This document shows positions 1 to 11,462 of a DNA stretch of 64,000 nt, piece after piece. The number at the start of each line of letters is the position of its first letter. The stretch's first letter is position 1. The stretch comes from Octopus vulgaris (Eukaryota): positions 147,374,001 through 147,438,000 of the forward strand of contig OX597818.1 of NCBI GenBank assembly GCA_951406725.2, written 5' to 3'. The translations under genes were made by a program, and so were the position numbers. The notes under the pieces are model-generated. The model was given only the letters and a program-made list of their open reading frames with translations, made no database searches and was not told the DNA's origin.

Positions 1-90
1 TAATAGTAGTAGTAGTAGTAGTAGTACTAGTAGTAGTAGTAGAAGTAGCAGCCGTTGTAGTAGTAGTGGTCATAGTAGTAGTAGTAGTAA

Positions 91-131
<41 letters not shown>

Positions 132-888
132 ATAATAATAATAATTATAATAACTATTATAATAATGTTAGTAGTAGTAGTAGTAAAGGTAGTAGTAATA
201 ATAATAATAATGATAAAGATAATGATAATAATGTTAATAATATTTAAAAAATTAATATTATTATTATTATTAGTAGTAGTAGTACTACTACAACAACTAC
301 TACTACTATTAATATTATTATTATTATTACTATTATTATTATCATTCTCATTCTCATTCTCATTATCATTATTATTATTATCATTATTACAATTACTATT
401 ACTACTACTACTATTACTACTACTATTATTATTATTGTTATTATGATTATTAATATTATTATTATTAAAATTAATAGAAATATTAATAATTATAATGATA
501 ATAATAATAATGATAATAGTGGTAGTAGTAGTAGTAGTAGTAATAGTAATTGTAATTGTAATAGTAATTGTAATAGTAATAATAATAATAATAATAATAA
601 CGATAATAATAATAATAATTATAATAATAATATTAATAATAGTAGTAGTAGTAGAAGTAGTAGCAGTAGTAGTAGTAGTAGTTGTAGTAGTAGCAGTAGT
701 ACTAGTAGTAGTAGTAGTAGTAGTAATAGTAATAGTAATGATAATAATAATAATAATAATTATAATAATAATAATAGTAGTAGTAGTAGTAGTTGTAGCA
801 GTAGCGGTAGTAGTTGTAGTAGTATTAGTAGTAACAGTAATAGTAATTGAAATATTACTAGTAATAGTAGTTGTAGTAGTAGTAGTAG

Positions 889-938
<50 letters not shown>

Positions 939-962
939 TTATTGTTACTATTATTATTATTA
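1..962. repeat. Compound trinucleotide microsatellite (TAG/TAA/CTA/TTA)n
   Basis: Directly visible. The overlapping poly-V/I/L/N/S ORFs are artefacts of the repeat. Confidence 0.97.
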
Positions 963-3900
963 TTTTCAGTAGTTTTATTTTTATAGCGTGCTTTCACTTC
1001 ACTACCGAGCGCAGCTCTGTGTGCCTTGGGTATGTGCTGTGATTTGTTGTGATGCTCTGATGGTTATTGTATGGAAAGTGTTCTGCGTAGGATGTGTGCA
1101 GTGCCTAGTAGTGCAATTTTCTGTATGTTATATGTGTTTGTAAGTCCTGGTGTTTTTGTTATGTATTTGTCTGATTATTTTTTTATCATGCCTAATGCAC
1201 CTACTATGATAGGAATTGTTTCTGTTTTCAGATTCCACATTCTAGTTAGCTCTATTTCCAGGTCTTTGTATTTTGAGAGTTTCTCCATTTCTTTTAGAGA
1301 CACGTTGTCATCTGCCGGTATTGTTACATCAATTAGAAAGCATTTTTTTCTTCATGATCTCTGACAACTATATCTGGTCTGTTGGCCTTAATTTCTCTAT
1401 CTGTGTGTATCGGCATATCCCAGAGTATGGTTGCTTTCTCGTTTTCTGTGACCTTTTCTGGTGTGTGCCTATACCATCTTTTTTCTCTTGTTATTCCATA
1501 ATGTTTGCATAGCTTCCAGTGTATGTAGGTTCCAACTCTGTCATGTCTGTGAATATATTCTTTCTTAGCCAGGACTGGGCAGCCAGAGATAATATGATTT
1601 ATTGTTTCTTGTCCATCTCCACATATTCTGCAGTTACTTGTAATATTTCTTTTCATTACATGTTTTTGGTAATTTCTGGTGGGGAGGCTTTGGTCTTGTG
1701 CTGCAATTAAAAATCCCTCTGTCTCTGCTTTGAGTCTTGAGCTTCTCAGCCATTGCTGGGATTTTTCTTTGTCTATTTCTTTTGCGTTTAGTTTAGTCCA
1801 GTATTTACCATGAAGGGGCTTTTCTTGCCATCGTTTTATCATGGTTCGTTGCTGTTCTATTTTTAGTTTGGATTTCATTTGTTTTATAGTTTTTGTTGTT
1901 TCTTCATCTTCTTCTTTTTCATATTTATTAGGTGGTATGATTTCTTGTTTGTATTTGTCAGCTTCCTTAAATACTGAGAACAGTTTTTTGTTTTGCTCGT
2001 GTTTTGCCGCTATTTGTATCAGTTTTCCTTCCTTCTGAAGTAGATATTTTTGCAGGCCTATGGTGGTTATTTTATAGTAGTTTTCCAGCTGTATAAGGCA
2101 TCTACCACCTTCTATACGTTGTATATATAGTCTCTCTATGTCAGATTTTGGGTGATGCATCCTAGATCCTGTCATTATTTTTTTTGTTTTCCTATCTATT
2201 TTGGTCAGTTCATTTAGTGTCCAGTTAAGGATATTGTAGCTGTAACTTATAACTGGGACAGCTAAAGTGTTAATACCTTATCTTGTTTTTAGCATTGAGC
2301 TCTGTTTTTAGTATTGATCTAACTCGTCTATAATATTCTTTTTTTATTTTCCCTTTCATTTGTGTGTGTTGTGTCTTATCTAGTTCATGGATTCCTAAGT
2401 ATTTGTAAGTTTGGCTTTGGTCTAATTCTTTTATTTCATTGGTTTTATCTAGTGAGATGTTGCTACTCTTAACTAGTTTTCCTCTTTTCATGGTTACTTT
2501 GGCGCATTTTTCTAATCCAAATTTCATATCTATTTCTTTGGTAAATCCATGAACTGTCTTTAATAGTGTTTCCAGCTGTTTGTCATTTGCAGCGTATAGC
2601 TTTAGGTCATCCATATATAAAAGGTGGCTGATCGTTTTGCCGTAACATTTATATCCGCATCCAGTTCTATTTAGTATATCAGATAGAGGTGACAGTGCCA
2701 AGTAGAAAAGGAGTGGAGAAAGCGTGTCTCCCTGGAATATTCCTCTTCTAATGGGGATAGCTTTGGTTTTCACGAGTCCCTCTTTTGTTTGTAGCTGTAG
2801 CACTGTTTGCCATTTATTCATAGAGTGCCCTATGAATTTTATAATCGTTGGTGCTACTTTGTTAATGGCTAGTGTTTCGAGGATCCATGTGTGGGGGATG
2901 CTGTCAAACGCCTTTTTGTAGTCAATCCAGGCCATACTGAGGCCTTTCTTCTTTCTGTGGCTGTCTTCAGTTATGGCTTTATTAATAATTAGTTGATCTT
3001 TACAGCCATATGAGCCTTTGCGGCATCCTTTCTGCTCTTCTGGGAACAGTTTGTTTTCGTCCAGGTGCTTGTTAAGCCTTTGTGATATCACTGCGGTAAA
3101 TGCCTTGAACATAGTAGGGAGGCAGGTTATTGGTCTGTAGTTTTCTGGTTTTGCTGTCTCATTTGATTTGGGAATTAAAATGGTTTTCCCCTTCGTGAGC
3201 CATTCGGGCATTGTCTCTGGCTCTGCTAGTATGTTGTTAAAGTTTTCAGCCAGCTTTTTGTGCATTCCTGTTAGATATTTCAACCAGAAGTTGAGGATCT
3301 TGTCATGCCCAGGTGCCTTCCAGTTGCTTAGTCTTTGCAGTGCCTTGGTGACCTCTTCAGTTGTTATGGGGGTCCAAAGTTGCTCAGATGCTGAGTTTGT
3401 TGTTTTAATACTCCTTTTTGGTTTTGGTTGTTCGTTCGCCGACCATATTTCTCTCCAGAATTCTTCCACGTTTCTGCCGTTGGTGCTGCAGTGATTTCTA
3501 TTTTATTTTTGCCAAGTTCTTGGTAGAACTTTTTGGGATTGGAGTTGAACTTTTTGTTTTGTTCAAAGAAGCGCTGGCGTTTCTCGTACCGGCGGATCAT
3601 TTGTGCTTTGGCAAGGATATCTTGATTAAGCTTTTCTTTTATCTCAGGTAAACCTTTTTCTGTGATGTTATATTTGTGGAGTATTTTTGTTTTCTTATTG
3701 CTGCTCAGTAGCGTTGATTGTCTACTGATTTCATTAAGAATCGACAGATCTTTTCTCATATTTTGTATTTTGTTTTGGATGTTATTTATCCACAGGGTTT
3801 GTTTGGGTGGTGGTACTCCTGTTTGGATGGGTTTGAGTGAGTATCCAGCTTCTTTTGTGGCTGCAGTGGCTGCTGCGTATACTAAGTCATTTAGCTCAGT

Positions 3901-5075
3901 GATATCGCTTTTTGTTTCAGTGGCTATTAGTTCTGTGACGGCTAGGTTTATGCTGTTTATAATTGGTGTTGTTGTTTCGTCTAATTTGATTCTTGGGAGG
4001 TATGGTCGGTGGTCCATTTTGAGCTCTGTGGTTTTCAGTTCTTTGATTATTTTACTTTTTATATTATCATAATCATTAGGCTCCCCTTCGTTGTTTCCAG
4101 GTTTTAGCTTTGTGTCGCTTTCTTTCTTATTTATATGTTTGTTTGCCGTGTTTTGGCTTATTGTTTGTCGTGTATTATTATGCATCCTTACGGTCTAGGT
4201 TTGTTGTTTTTTTGTTTACATCGTGTTTGTTGGGAATGTTACGTTTGTCTTCGTGTTTTACTGTTTCAGTGTTTATATTATTGGGTATTGTTGTGTGGCT
4301 TCTATCTACATTTTCCTGGTGTATTTTTTCTTTTAGATGTTTTATTTCTATTTCTGATATTTTTTTTGTGTTGAGGATGTATCTTCGTACGTTAGCTAAT
4401 TTATTAGGGTTCATTGCTGTATCCAAGTTTATATTTATGTTATTTTTTTTCCATATTTTATATGTATGTGTTGTTGTGTTTTCATTTTTGGGGTAGAGCA
4501 CTGTTGTGAAGTATGCGTGTAAGATAGAAATGTATTCCTCACATGTCCATTTATGTCTTTTGAGTTTTATTTGCGGGACATGAGGAACAACGTCCGGCCC
4601 ATTATTTTGACGGTTGTCATTTTCGTAGGGTACCAGTCCGTTCATTTCTGTTGTCACATTGTTTTGCACGTGTAGTTTTTCGTACATTTTGTGTTGTAAG
4701 TTTAAAGTACGTACCTCTCGATTGTTATTCTTGGGTTGAATAATATCGGTGACATTTAATTTCTTCGTAGTTCCTTTGTACATGGTGTTTGGGGTCGGGG
4801 ATTATCTGGTGTTGATGGATCGTAATGTTCCACGCATGTTTACATGTGTTGTGTTAGAGATGGAGATGATATCGAGTGAAAATACATCATTTCGTTTCAA
4901 AAATAGTAATAAATTTCAATTAGTATTATTTACTCGGATACAGTCCAATCCTTTGGATCCATACGATGTCCTTGTTTTCGATGTTTGTGGATAGATTTCG
5001 GAGCTCTGTTTTATCCTTCTTACATCTTAAACGTCCCCCGGTGTATCTCCCGTCCCCCGGTGTATCTCCGGTGTA
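963..5075 (-). mobile_element. Near full-length R4/Dong-clade non-LTR retrotransposon (RT + restriction-like endonuclease), frameshifted
   Basis: Consecutive minus-strand ORFs: 4178-4783 (RHKWTCEEY, Myb-like N-terminus), 3364-4185, 2270-3469 (RT: WIDYKKAFDS, GIFQGDTLSP, LLYMDDLKL) and 1333-2175 (CRICGDGQETINHIISGC knuckle, NRPDIVV RLE motif). The C-terminus QKIALLGTAHILRRTLSIQ* ends at 1064. Flanked by (TAA)n on both sides. Confidence 0.93.
2270..3469 (-). pseudogene. Reverse transcriptase domain of the R4/Dong element
   Basis: NYRPITCL, EQKGCR, DYKKAFD, QGDTLSP and YMDD motifs. Confidence 0.93.
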
Positions 5076-5077
5076 TT

Positions 5078-5108
<31 letters not shown>

Positions 5109-5493
5109 TCATTATCATTATCATTATAATAATAATAATAATAATAATAATTATTATTATTATTATCATTATTATTATTATTATTATTAATATTATTATT
5201 AATATTATTATTATTATATTATTGTTGTTGTTGTTGTTATTATTATTAATATTATCATCATTATCTTTATTATTATTATTGTTAATATTATTATTATTAT
5301 TATTATTATTATCATTATTATTAATATTAATATTCTTCTTATTATTATTATTATGATCATTATCATTATTATTATTTTTATTATTATTATTTATATTATT
5401 ATTATTATCATTATTATTATCATTATTATTATTATTCATATTATTATTATTATCATTATTATTATTATCATTATTATTATCATTATTTTTATT

Positions 5494-5528
<35 letters not shown>

Positions 5529-5539
5529 AATAATTATTA

Positions 5540-5583
<44 letters not shown>

Positions 5584-5739
5584 TATTATTATCATTATTA
5601 GTATTATTATTATTATTATTAATATAATAATAATAATAATAATAATTCTTATTATTATTATTTATTATTATCATTATTATTACCATTATTATTATTATTA
5701 ATATTATTATTATTATTAGCATTATTATTATTATCATTT

Positions 5740-5776
<37 letters not shown>

Positions 5777-5924
5777 TATTACAATTATTATTATTGTTGT
5801 TATTTATATTATTATTATTGTTTTTATTATTATTATTATCATTATTATTATTAATATTAATATTATTATTATTAATATTTATATTATTATTATTATTATT
5901 ATTATTATCATTATTATTTTTATC

Positions 5925-5957
<33 letters not shown>

Positions 5958-5996
5958 TTTATTATTTTTATTATTATTACAATTATTATTATTGTC

Positions 5997-6035
<39 letters not shown>

Positions 6036-6143
6036 TATTTTATTATTATTATTATTATTATTAATTTTATCATTATTATTATTATTATCATTCTTAGTAT
6101 TATTATTATTATTATTTTTATTATTATTATCATTATTATTATC

Positions 6144-6178
<35 letters not shown>

Positions 6179-6224
6179 AATTATCGTTATTGATATATTA
6201 TTATTATTATTATCATTATCAATA

Positions 6225-6265
<41 letters not shown>

Positions 6266-6293
6266 TTCATCATTATTATGTTTATTATTATCA

Positions 6294-6342
<49 letters not shown>

Positions 6343-6346
6343 CATT

Positions 6347-6402
<56 letters not shown>

Positions 6403-6403
6403 C

Positions 6404-6435
<32 letters not shown>

Positions 6436-6590
6436 TATTATCATTATTATTATTATTATTACCATTATTATTATTTTTCTTATCATTATTATTATTATTA
6501 TTAATATTATTATTATTTATATCATTATTATTATTATTAATATTATTATTATTATTTATATTATTATTATTAGTATTATTATTATTATAA
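5076..6590. repeat. (ATT/ATC)n microsatellite
   Basis: Directly visible. Confidence 0.97.
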
Positions 6591-6591
6591 T

Positions 6592-6803
6592 TGTTTCAAA
6601 TGTTGCCAGAAGGGTAGCTTGGGGGAAGTGCGGATGAGTCGATTGCATCGACCCCAGTGTTCAACTGGTACTTATTTTATCAACCTTGAAAGGATGAAAG
6701 GCAAAGATGACCTCGGTGTAATTTGAACTCAGGACGTAAAGACGGACGAAATGCATCTAAACATTTTGGCTAGCGTGCTAACGTTTCTGCCAGATCACCA
6801 CCT
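6592..6803 (-). mobile_element. tRNA-derived SINE, family 1, copy a
   Basis: Minus strand has an A-box-like TGGCAGAAACGTTAG and a B-box GAGTTCAAAT, followed by a GCCTTTCATCCTTTC...GATAAAATAAGTACCAG central domain. Repeated at 6876, 7110 and 23165. Confidence 0.85.
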
Positions 6804-6805
6804 TG

Positions 6806-6857
<52 letters not shown>

Positions 6858-6875
6858 TAATAATAATAATAATAA

Positions 6876-7092
6876 GTGTTCCAAATTTTTCCACAGGGGT
6901 AGCCATTTTGAGGGAGGGGATGAGTCGATTTTATCGACTCCAATGTTTCACAGTTAATTAATTTATAGACCCGGAATGGATGAAAAGCAAAGTCGACCTT
7001 GGCGGAATTTGAACTCAGAACGTAGCGATGGGCAAAAATACCAATGAACATCTCGTCAAACGTTCTAACAATTCTGCCAGCTCGCCCCCTTA
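6876..7092 (-). mobile_element. tRNA-derived SINE, family 1, copy b
   Basis: Homologous to 6592-6803; separated from its neighbours by (TAA)n. Confidence 0.85.
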
Positions 7093-7109
7093 ATAATAAT
7101 AATGATGAC

Positions 7110-7318
7110 GATTTTAAATTTTTGCCACAAGGGTAGCTTGGGGGAGGAGATTAAGTCGTTTACATCGACTCCAGTACGTAACTGGTATTTATTTTATCGA
7201 CACGAAAAGACGGAAGGTAAAGTCGACCTCGGCAGAATTTGAACCCAGACCGTAAAGACGGACGAAATGCCACTAAACATTTCATCCGGCGTGCTAACGA
7301 TTCTGCCAGCTCACCACC

Positions 7319-7320
<2 letters not shown>
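7110..7320 (-). mobile_element. tRNA-derived SINE, family 1, copy c
   Basis: Homologous to 6592-6803. Confidence 0.85.
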
Positions 7321-7351
<31 letters not shown>

Positions 7352-7468
7352 TTAATAATAATAATAATAATTATTATTATTATAATAATAATAATAATAT
7401 TAATAATAATAATTATTATTATTATAATAATAATAATAATATAATTAATAAAAATAATAATAATAATG

Positions 7469-7510
<42 letters not shown>

Positions 7511-8401
7511 GTTTAGTAAACAGTACAAATATTCGTCGTTTTTGTAAAGTAAGACGTCTTTCTATAATTTGTCAGACAGAACAAAGTAATGCAATTGACA
7601 CAAGTTTTATGTCGAGAAGTAGAAGGGAGACGAACAGTAACAACAACAACAGCAGCAGCAGAAACTACAGGCACATTACAATAACAATTACCGCAATGGC
7701 AGTAATAGAAACAACAACAACAACAACAATATCAACAACATTGCAACAACAACAGCGGCGATAAAATGATGAGGAACAAAAGAAAATGTCCGCCATTGTG
7801 TTCCGATTTCTTAATGGATTTAAGAAAGTATTGTCATGGTAACTGCACCATGTTGTAGTAACGTACGTGTGTTTGAGTATTGGTGTGAATGAGTGTATGT
7901 GTGTGTATTGGTGTATGTGTGAGCGCATGTGTGTTTTATGTAAGAGTGTATGTAGCGTGTTTATGTGTAGGTGTGTCATGTACATGTGTGTGTATATGTG
8001 TGCAGATATATGTGTGTGTGTGTATATATGTGCAGATATATGTGTGTGTGTGTGTATATATGTGCAGATATATGTGTGTGTGTGTGTATATATGTGCAGA
8101 TGTATGTGTGTGTGCATATGAAGGCGCATACAGATCTGTGAGCATAGGTGTATGCATGTGTTACCTTATTGTGTGTGTGTGTGTGTAGGCGTGTGCTGAT
8201 CTATATGTGTATGTTAATGGATATGTATATTGTGTATGTGTCTGTCTGTGAGCGGATGACGTAGTGTTTGTTTATTTTATGTTTTTGTAAAGCAAAACTG
8301 TTTTAACATTTGTAAAATTTTAATTTGTTGTTTTTTCCATCATTATTGCTGATATTATTGCTTTTTCTGTTAAAGTGTTTTCAATGTTTTGACATTATTG
8401 A

Positions 8402-8467
<66 letters not shown>

Positions 8468-8470
8468 TTG
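7321..8470. repeat. (TAA)n, (CAA)n and (TG)n/(TGCAGATATATGTG..) simple repeats
   Basis: Directly visible. Confidence 0.9.
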
Positions 8471-8536
8471 TTATTATTGCTGATATAGCTCATATGGTTG
8501 TTATTATTGTTGCATTATTTCTGCTGCCATTGGTAG

Positions 8537-9400
8537 TGTAGCGTGGCAATTTCAGCCTTTTTGAAATATGACCATAGCGATTGTTAATATCTTGACTGTG
8601 TGAAGGGCAAGGCAGAAATGATCTCGTTTGAGGTTACAACTATCTTTGGTCAACTTGTTCTTGTTCTAAACACTAACTTGATTGGCTGACATGTGACACG
8701 AGGGTCCCTACGAAGTCCGCGCCACTGATGCACACATGACGCGAATTGTCTCGACTTATTTCGCGCCACTGGTTGACATGTGACACGAGGGTCCCTACGA
8801 AGTCCGCGCCACTGATGGACACGTGACGCGAATTGTCTCGACTTATTTCGCGCCATAATTGCGAATCAGCCAATCAAGACTTTCGGTTAAAATTCCATTT
8901 TCTGGAGTTCGGTGAGCCAACCGAAGAGTATATAAAGCAGGGTTCACAGACACTTAGGCCTTGGGTTCCAGTTCTTCTAAGAACTAACTTCGGCCCCTGC
9001 TGCTCAACTTAGAGATATGCGATTGTCTCTGCTACTGCCTGTTGCTACGCTAATCTATACAACCATTGAAAGCCTCTCGAGTAGATTCCAGCATCTTGCC
9101 CTATGAACAGTAAACTAAATGCCATTCTTAATTCTATGTTCAGTACCTTTGGGTATGCTTCACGCCACCCGAACACACAGACACAAAACATGCTAATGCT
9201 TACGAACTCTTAGAATCCACATGATTGTAAAATATGTAAAATAAATAATATTTATCTACCAACAGAAGACTTGTGTCAATTCACTTATATCCTATTATCG
9301 TTTGTATGTATTTTATGGCTTTGAATAATTCGTTAAGAGTAGGACTGCGTGCAATCGTAATTCCTACACGATACGACCAAGCGTGATCCTATTTCTTACA
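8537..9400 (+). mobile_element. Solo LTR (864 bp) with 4-bp TSD GTAG
   Basis: Termini are TGTA...TACA. GTAG lies at 8533-8536 and 9401-9404. Internal CCAAT, TATATAAA (~8929) and AATAAA (~9240). Confidence 0.85.
8687..8855. repeat. 87-bp tandem duplication in the LTR U3 region
   Basis: TGACATGTGACACGAGGGTCCC...TTCGCGCCA starts at 8687 and again at 8774. Confidence 0.92.
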
Positions 9401-10600
9401 GTAGTGAAGATCGTTGCCAGTGTTGTTGTTTCTATTATTGTTCTTGTTGCGGGCGTTGTTACTAATCTATTATTTTCTTTGTTTGGGGGAGAAAGTACTA
9501 AAATACTTTATGCAATAATGACGTCGCCCTAAAATGAGGAAAACAGACATCTTCCCTAATGAAACTAATTAACACAAGCCAACATGAGAAACAAACCAGT
9601 CGCTCGAACTGCGAGAAAGAGCAGTCAAATTTTCCCCAATTCATACCTTAAGCTTAAGACAAAGAATATATTGAATAATTATTGGATAATAATAATTTAG
9701 AGTTACATTAGAATTGTGTCAAAGACCAGGTTGCAGCGGTGCGACGAAAAATTTGATTCTTCAAAGTAATAAATAAAAAGGGAATTTAAAATGTTTTGGG
9801 AAGGGGATGAGGAAGTACTTAAAATGGCTATTCAATTGCTTTGATTGCAAATCACTGCCTCAAATCATGCTTCTTGTTATATGTCTGTTCAATGAAGCCT
9901 GACCATGAAATGGACGCCAGCAGCGGCTAACTAGAAGTCCCTACTCAGAATCTCTATCTGCTAAAAATAGCAACGAAATATCCTCAAATGAAGGTTTAAT
10001 TTCTTAAAACTAGAAGAGAAGTAATTGTAAATATCCCTAAACAAAACAGGATAGTGACGGTTGGAATGTATATGTTGATAAGGCTGCTACCGGATCAAAG
10101 CTGACCTGGGGTTGAACAACAATAACAACAGACCTCCACCAAACCAACAACAACAGCACCATCACCACTCTACAACCACCGCTACGTCACAAGACCACTG
10201 GCGCCACCCATACACCACCACATCATTACTACCCATAAGCATGATCATTGCTGCAATGTCTGATGCAAGTTCCACTTTATTGAGGCCTAAAGTTATACAA
10301 AAACAATAAATAATGTCATGACGTCAATGTTCTGTCACGATTTTCAAAGAATGAAAATATCATTATAGAGTTATTATGATGCCGAAGTCAAGTAGCGTGT
10401 TGGTGTGTATGTATATATCTCTCTCATCTAGCTCGTCTCCATAGGACGCCCCAGTTTGCTCTAATGCATGTGCGTATTTGCGCATCTGTGTATGATTTTT
10501 GTATGCGTGTGTATTTTGTGTCTACGTGTATGTCTGTGGATGTAAATATATGTGCTTATATATGCTTGTATGTATTGTCTAAGTATTTGTGTGTATATGT

Positions 10601-10655
<55 letters not shown>

Positions 10656-10949
10656 TTTCTGTGTGTTTGTACCTGTGTAAATGCTTCTTTGTGTATGTAT
10701 ATATTTGGAATTTACAATACAAATAGTTATTTTGGTATTTATATCAATGATTCAACTTTCTGGAAAGGGAAGGATGTATAGGAGGATGCAGTCAATTGTT
10801 TAAACTTCATTACGTGACTATTTATTAGATTCGTCCAAGAAAGATAAAAGCCAAACTGAACAGTGGCCCAGGACAAGAATCATAAATGAAGAGCTCAACA
10901 TATTTTGTCCGCTACTTTCACCACAATATTTTGTAAATGTAATTATGTT

Positions 10950-11090
10950 TGTGTGGTTAAGAATTTCTTTCCATAACTATGTGGTTTCAGGTTCAATCCA
11001 ACTGCACTGAATTTTGTGCAAGTCCTTCTACTATAACCTTGGGTCGACTAATAGCTTTTCAGAAAACTCTGGTGGACGGAATCTCCTTGA
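10950..11090 (+). mobile_element. Degenerate head of SINE family 2 (CORE-type)
   Basis: GTGTGGTTAAG...GGTTCAATCC...GCAAGTCCTTCTACTATA resembles the copies at 24615 and 40580. Confidence 0.6.
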
Positions 11091-11462
11091 AAAGTCGTCA
11101 GGATGTTTGATTTAGTCTATTAATCGGTTGATCTCCACCACCAGATCTTATGATGCTTTTGTATCGATAACTTTGCTGAAAACATTCTTTGGGGCGAGGA
11201 CAATCTCCTCCATTCCTATACAGATGATTTGAAAAGGACCTAGGGCGCTGCACTTCATCCTCTTGTTAAGCATTTAAAACTTATTAAAAAATTCTGAAAT
11301 GTGAAATGTACTATTATAGTATCAGAAAATGATGCATCTAATCAATTTTACCAGTAAACCGCCATATTATTAACAATAATGATAAATCTCGCTTCTCTTC
11401 CCCATCTGAGATTGGTGCACATACTGTTTAATATTCTTTATCGATCCCAGAAAGCATCTCAT

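Noticed and set aside
66-986. Poly-V/I/L/N/S ORFs (also at 4966-6637)
   Set aside because: Translations of trinucleotide microsatellites
6592-7320. tRNA genes suggested by A and B boxes
   Set aside because: No full cloverleaf. They continue into SINE bodies and are diverged multi-copy repeats.
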